A stretch of 32,000 bases of DNA from Longivirga aurantiaca. GTDB lineage: Bacteria; Actinomycetota; Actinomycetes; S36-B12; CAIYMF01. The translations under genes were made by a program, and so were the position numbers. Where the stretch lies: positions 900,001 to 932,000 of the forward strand of contig NZ_JBHSTI010000008.1 in NCBI RefSeq assembly GCF_042660085.1. The letters run 5' to 3'. Numbering within the stretch: position 1 is the first letter of the stretch; every line of letters starts with the position of its first letter. Shown here in pieces: positions 27,947 through 32,000 of this stretch. Below the pieces are notes generated by a model. It did no database searches, was not told where the DNA came from, and saw nothing but the letters and a program-made list of their open reading frames with translations.

Positions 27947-30124
27947 ATGACCTCGGACGAGCAGCGCACGGTCCACCGCGGATGCAACCTGTGCGAGGCG
28001 AGCTGCGGCCTCACGATCGAGGTGCGGGGGAGCGAGGTGCTCTCGATCCGCGGTGACGCCGACGACCCGATGTCCCAGGGCTACGTCTGCCCCAAGGGCA
28101 TCGCCCTGCAGGACCTGCAGACCGATCCCGACCGGCTGCGGACGCCGGTGCGCCGCCGGGACGACGGGACCTTCGAGCCGATCGGCTGGGACGAGGCGCT
28201 CGACCTCGTGGCTGACGGGCTGACGCGGATCCGCGACCGCGACGGCGGCGAGGCGATCTCGTTCTACCTGGGCAACCCGATCACGCACGGCTGGGCGCCC
28301 GTGACGCTCGTGCCCCTGCTCATGGATGCGCTGGACGTGAAGGCCCGCTACTCGGCCGCCAGCGTCGATCAGCAGCCGCAGCACCTGCTGTCGTACCTGC
28401 TGTACGGGTCACCGCTCCTGCTGCCGGTGCCCGACATCGACCGCACCGACCTGCTGCTCGTCGTCGGCGGCAATCCCGTGGTGTCGAACGGCTCGATCAT
28501 GACCGCGCCCGACATGCGCCGCCGCATCTCCGACCTGCAGGGCCGCGGCGGTCGCGTGGTCGTCGTCGACCCGCGCCGTTCCGAGACGGCCGACGTCGCC
28601 GACGAGCACATCGCCATCCGACCGGGCACCGACGTGTGGCTGCTCGCGGCGATGCTGACGACGCTGCAGGAGGAGGGCCTCGTGCGCCCCGGCCGCGCGT
28701 CCGGCTGGGTGGACGGGCTGCAGCAGGTGCTCGACGCCGTACGCCCCGTGACGGCCGAGCGCGCCGCAGCGGTCACCGGTGTGCCCGCCGAGACGATCCG
28801 GCGGCTGGCGGTCGAGCTCGGCACGGCTCGACGGGCTGCGGTGTACGGCCGCCTCGGTGTCACGCAGTCGGTCTTCGGCACGCCGGCGTACTGGCTCGTG
28901 CACGCCCTCAACATCGCCACCGGCCGCCTCGACGAGGTCGGCGGTGTGATGTTCTCGACGCCGGCGTTCGACCTGCCCGTCATCGGCGCGCGCACGACCG
29001 ACCTCATCGGCTACGACCGCTGGCGCTCGCGGGTGCGCGGCATCCCGGAGTTCTCGGCCGAGCTGCCGGTGGCCACCCTCGCCGACGAGATCCTCACGCC
29101 CGGCACGGGGCAGCTGCGTGCGCTCGTGCTGTACGCCGGCAACCCCGTGCTGTCCGCGCCCGACGGCACGCGGCTCGAGCAGGCGCTGCAGGACCTCGAG
29201 CTCTGCGTCGCCGTCGACTACTACGTGACGGAGTCGACGCGCCACGCCCACGTGATCCTCCCGCCGACCTCGCCGCTCGAGCGCGACGAGTTCGACGTCG
29301 TCTTCCCCGCCGTGAGCGTGCACAACTGGGTGCGCTGGAGCCCGGCGGCCGTCCCCGCGCCGGAGGGGTCGATGTCCGACGCCGACATCCTGCTCGCCCT
29401 GCTCGCGCGCGTCTGGCGTCGTACGCCGAAGACGCGGCGCACTGCCGCGGTGCGCGAGAAGGCGTTCCGCGGGCTCTTCCCGAAGCGGTTCGTCGACCTC
29501 GGGCTGCGCGCCGGTCCGCACGGCGCACGGAAGGGACGCTCGGGCCTCACGCTCGCGAAGGTGATGCGCGCCGAGCACGGCCTCGACCTCGGCCCGCTCG
29601 TGCGGCAGCTGCCCCAGCGGCTCATGACCGAACGGCACCGCATCCCGCTCGCGCACCCCGCCGTGCTGGCGGACTGGCCGCGCGTGCTCGCCGCCCTCGA
29701 GGAGCTCGAGGCCGGGCGTTCGGACGGCCGGGATCTGCTGCTCATCGGTCGACGGCATCTGCGCAGCAACAACTCGTGGATGCACAACAGCGCCCGTCTC
29801 ACCAAGGGCCGCAACCGATTCACGGTGCAGATGCACCCGGACGACGCCGCTGCGCGCGGCCTGGCGGACGGCGACACAGCCGTCATCAGCACCGATGTCG
29901 GCAGCATCGAGGTGCCGGTCGAGGTGACCGACCGCCTGATGCCCGGGGTGGTGAGCGTGCCGCACGGCTACGGCCACGACCGGGCCGGCACCCCGACGGG
30001 CTGGCGGCATGCGTCGTCGCTCGGCGGCGCGAGCGTGAACGACATCACGGACACGCAGCGGATCGACCCGCTGTCGGGCAACGCCGCGGTGCAGGCAGTG
30101 CCCGTGACCGTCTCGCGCGCCTGA
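27947..30124 (+). CDS. Molybdopterin-dependent oxidoreductase with N-terminal [4Fe-4S] site
   Basis: CNLCEASCGLTIEVRGSEVLSIRGDADDPMSQGYVCPKGIALQDLQTDPDRLRTPVRR...YSAASVDQQPQHLLSYLLYGSPLLLPVPDIDRTDLLLVVGGNPVVSNGSIM...; C-terminal NRFTVQMHPDDAAARGLADGDTAVIS is molydopterin-dinucleotide-binding-like. Confidence 0.94.
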   Translation: MTSDEQRTVHRGCNLCEASCGLTIEVRGSEVLSIRGDADDPMSQGYVCPKGIALQDLQTDPDRLRTPVRRRDDGTFEPIGWDEALDLVADGLTRIRDRDGGEAISFYLGNPITHGWAPVTLVPLLMDALDVKARYSAASVDQQPQHLLSYLLYGSPLLLPVPDIDRTDLLLVVGGNPVVSNGSIMTAPDMRRRISDLQGRGGRVVVVDPRRSETADVADEHIAIRPGTDVWLLAAMLTTLQEEGLVRPGRASGWVDGLQQVLDAVRPVTAERAAAVTGVPAETIRRLAVELGTARRAAVYGRLGVTQSVFGTPAYWLVHALNIATGRLDEVGGVMFSTPAFDLPVIGARTTDLIGYDRWRSRVRGIPEFSAELPVATLADEILTPGTGQLRALVLYAGNPVLSAPDGTRLEQALQDLELCVAVDYYVTESTRHAHVILPPTSPLERDEFDVVFPAVSVHNWVRWSPAAVPAPEGSMSDADILLALLARVWRRTPKTRRTAAVREKAFRGLFPKRFVDLGLRAGPHGARKGRSGLTLAKVMRAEHGLDLGPLVRQLPQRLMTERHRIPLAHPAVLADWPRVLAALEELEAGRSDGRDLLLIGRRHLRSNNSWMHNSARLTKGRNRFTVQMHPDDAAARGLADGDTAVISTDVGSIEVPVEVTDRLMPGVVSVPHGYGHDRAGTPTGWRHASSLGGASVNDITDTQRIDPLSGNAAVQAVPVTVSRA

Positions 30125-30898
30125 TCAGACCGCGACGGCGAGGACCGGGGTCGTGGTCGGCGCGGCCGACCCGCCCTCGGGCTCGACCGTGACGCCGACG
30201 CCGGTGGCGCCGGCCAGCTCGCCCTGCAGGACGACGGCGCTGCGCTCGCCCGCCGGTACGAAGCCGGCCGACGTGGCGGCGCCGGAGTCCGAGAGGTACC
30301 AGATCTGGTACGTGCTGCCCGCGGGCGCGGGCGCCATGCCGTCGGTGACCAGCACCGACTTCCCGAGCGAGGCCGACGACACGACGGCCGCGCGACCGCC
30401 GGTCGTGACGCTCGCCGTGGTCGTCGTGGCGTCCGCCGCCGTCAGCACGGCGGTGACCTCGGCAGCCTGAGCCGACACGGAGTCGAGCTGGTTGTCGAGC
30501 TGCACCGCGCGGACGACCGCGCCACCGGCGACGAGCGCGAGAGCGGCGGCGACGCCGACGAGCCACGGCGAGGTACGGCGGGTGCGGCGCTCCCGGGCTG
30601 CGGCCAGGTCGTCGACCGGCGCATCGGTGCGAGCAGCCGGCTCGACCACCGGTGCCTCGCCGACCGGCGGCAGGGGCCGCACCTGCGAGATGCCGGCGAG
30701 CACGGACGACCGCAGCGACGGCGGGGGAGTCTCGGCGACGTCGAGCGCGAGCGCACCAGCGGCCTCGCGCAGCGAGCGGACCTCGTCGCGGCACGAGGCG
30801 CACGACTCGAGGTGCTCCTCGAAGGCAGCCGACTCGGCGGGCTCGAGGGCGTCGAGGGCGTACGCGCCGGACAGCGCGTGGACATCTGCGTTCGTCAT
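30125..30898 (-). CDS. Anti-sigma factor (RskA/RskA-like, zinc-binding N-terminus)
   Basis: MTNADVHALSGAYALDALEPAESAAFEEHLESCASCRDEVRSLREAAGALALD..., one TM segment (WLVGVAAALALVAGGAVVRAV) and an extracytoplasmic C-terminal domain. Confidence 0.9.
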   Translation of the reverse strand: MTNADVHALSGAYALDALEPAESAAFEEHLESCASCRDEVRSLREAAGALALDVAETPPPSLRSSVLAGISQVRPLPPVGEAPVVEPAARTDAPVDDLAAARERRTRRTSPWLVGVAAALALVAGGAVVRAVQLDNQLDSVSAQAAEVTAVLTAADATTTTASVTTGGRAAVVSSASLGKSVLVTDGMAPAPAGSTYQIWYLSDSGAATSAGFVPAGERSAVVLQGELAGATGVGVTVEPEGGSAAPTTTPVLAVAV

Positions 30899-31506
30899 GC
30901 CTGCACCCCCAACGTGTCGCGGAGCCGGATCAGCCCGTCCCGCATCCTGGTCTTCACTGTCCCGAGCGGCACCCCGAGGAGGTCCGAGACCTCCCGGTGG
31001 GTGTAGCCGCCGTAGTAGGCCAGCGTGACAGCCTCTCGCTGCACGTCGGTCAGTGTCTCGAGGGCTCGCCGTACGCGGGCCTGCTCGAGCTTCGCCGTGA
31101 CCGCCTCGTCGACGACGTCGTACTCCGGGCCGTCGCCGACGGCGGCGTACCGGCGGTCGCGCTCGTGGGCGCTCTCGGCCGACCGCACCCGGTCGACCGA
31201 ACGGCGGTGCACGATCGTGAGCATCCAGGCCAGCGCCGACCCCCGTGCGGCGTCGAACCGGGCCGACTGCCTCCAGATCTCGAGGTACGCCTCCTGGGCG
31301 ACCTCCTCGGCCTGCGCCGGGTCGCGGACGACCCTGCGCGCGAGCCCGAAGACCTTGCTGCCGGTGAGGTCGTAGAGCTCGGCGAACGCGGCCTCGTCGC
31401 CGCGGCTCGATCTCGTCAGGAGCGAGGCCAGCACGCTGGCGAGCGGGGACGGGTCATCGCCGCCCGACGCATCGGGCGGGTCCGGCACCTCGATCTCCAC
31501 ACGCAC
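30895..31506 (-). CDS. sigK: ECF RNA polymerase sigma factor, SigK-like
   Basis: FAELYDLTGSKVFGLARRVVRDPAQAEEVAQEAYLEIWRQSARFDAARGSALAWMLTIVHRRSVDRVR...LTDVQREAVTLAYYGGYTHREVSDLLGVPLGTVKTRMRDGLIRLRD. Overlaps the anti-sigma start by 4 bp. Confidence 0.9.
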   Translation of the reverse strand: MRVEIEVPDPPDASGGDDPSPLASVLASLLTRSSRGDEAAFAELYDLTGSKVFGLARRVVRDPAQAEEVAQEAYLEIWRQSARFDAARGSALAWMLTIVHRRSVDRVRSAESAHERDRRYAAVGDGPEYDVVDEAVTAKLEQARVRRALETLTDVQREAVTLAYYGGYTHREVSDLLGVPLGTVKTRMRDGLIRLRDTLGVQA

Positions 31507-31612
31507 AACACTCCCAGACCTCACCTCGTCGCACCTCCGTCCGCCTGCCCGGCTCCGCTCCGTCGCCGGGCGTCGTCGCTCTGTGTTCGGAGCCGGGGGG
31601 CGCGCGGATGGG

Positions 31613-32000
31613 TCAGCGGCGGATCGCGTCGAGCCCGAGCAGGGCGACGTGCAGCGAGAGGCACGACTCCACGGAGTCGAGGTCGACCGCGAGCACCTTC
31701 TCGATCTTGTGCAACCTCTCGTAGAAGCTGGGGCGCGACAGGTGCGCGGCATCCGCTGCCGCGGACTTGTTGCGGCCCGCGTTGAGGTATCCCCGGAGCA
31801 CGCCGACGAGGTCGGTGCCGTGCTGGGCGTCGTGCGCCAGCAGGGGGCCCAGCTCGCGCTCGACGAAGGTCTGCAGCCGGTCGTCGTCGCGCAGCAGGTG
31901 CAGGAGTCCGCGCAGCCGCACGTCGGGGAGGCGGTAGTAGGGCCGCGGGGAGGCGTCGTCGTCGGACGGCGCGGCATCGGCCACCTGCGCGGCCTCGAGG
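31613..32000 (-). CDS. PucR-family transcriptional regulator, C-terminal HTH portion (N-terminus beyond window)
   Basis: LLAHDAQHGTDLVGVLRGYLNAGRNKSAAADAAHLSRPSFYERLHKIEKVLAVDLDSVESCLSLHVALLGLDAIRR; the frame stays open to the window edge. Confidence 0.85.
   Translation of the reverse strand, partial: LEAAQVADAAPSDDDASPRPYYRLPDVRLRGLLHLLRDDDRLQTFVERELGPLLAHDAQHGTDLVGVLRGYLNAGRNKSAAADAAHLSRPSFYERLHKIEKVLAVDLDSVESCLSLHVALLGLDAIRR

Noticed and set aside
1-32000. Search for CRISPR arrays, restriction/toxin-antitoxin/retron-like defence modules, tRNA and rRNA genes
   Set aside because: No regularly spaced direct repeats, tRNA-like cloverleaves, or recognisable defence nuclease, reverse transcriptase or toxin-antitoxin genes seen by eye. 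The only nuclease-like gene is the 13E12-type HNH protein. A short or divergent RNA could still be missed without Infernal or tRNAscan.

Overview
High-GC actinobacterial chromosomal window with dense protein-coding content and no rRNA, tRNA or CRISPR array that I could recognise. The left end is a conserved housekeeping block: M23 peptidase (minus, edge-truncated), rpsB, tsf, pyrH, frr, cdsA, rlmN. It is followed by a propionyl-CoA synthetase-like gene, a DUF222/HNH (13E12-type) gene preceded by a long hairpin, and a cation transporter-like gene. Next come a compact GntR / CoA-transferase / glutaryl-CoA dehydrogenase-like cluster and several small conserved genes. The most unusual region is 17.1-20.8 kb. 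It is a tightly overlapping minus-strand operon (divergent Lgt-like enzyme, Pro-rich membrane protein, Cys-rich radical SAM enzyme, small membrane protein) with a divergently transcribed ICMT-like methyltransferase, and may be an undescribed membrane lipid/lipoprotein modification system. The right end carries a likely amine/GABA catabolism cluster (FAD oxidoreductase, PNPOx-like, class III aminotransferase, Lrp/AsnC, SSADH-like), an MFS transporter, a molybdopterin oxidoreductase, a SigK/anti-sigma pair and a truncated PucR-type regulator. All family assignments come from reading translated motifs by eye; no database search was run.
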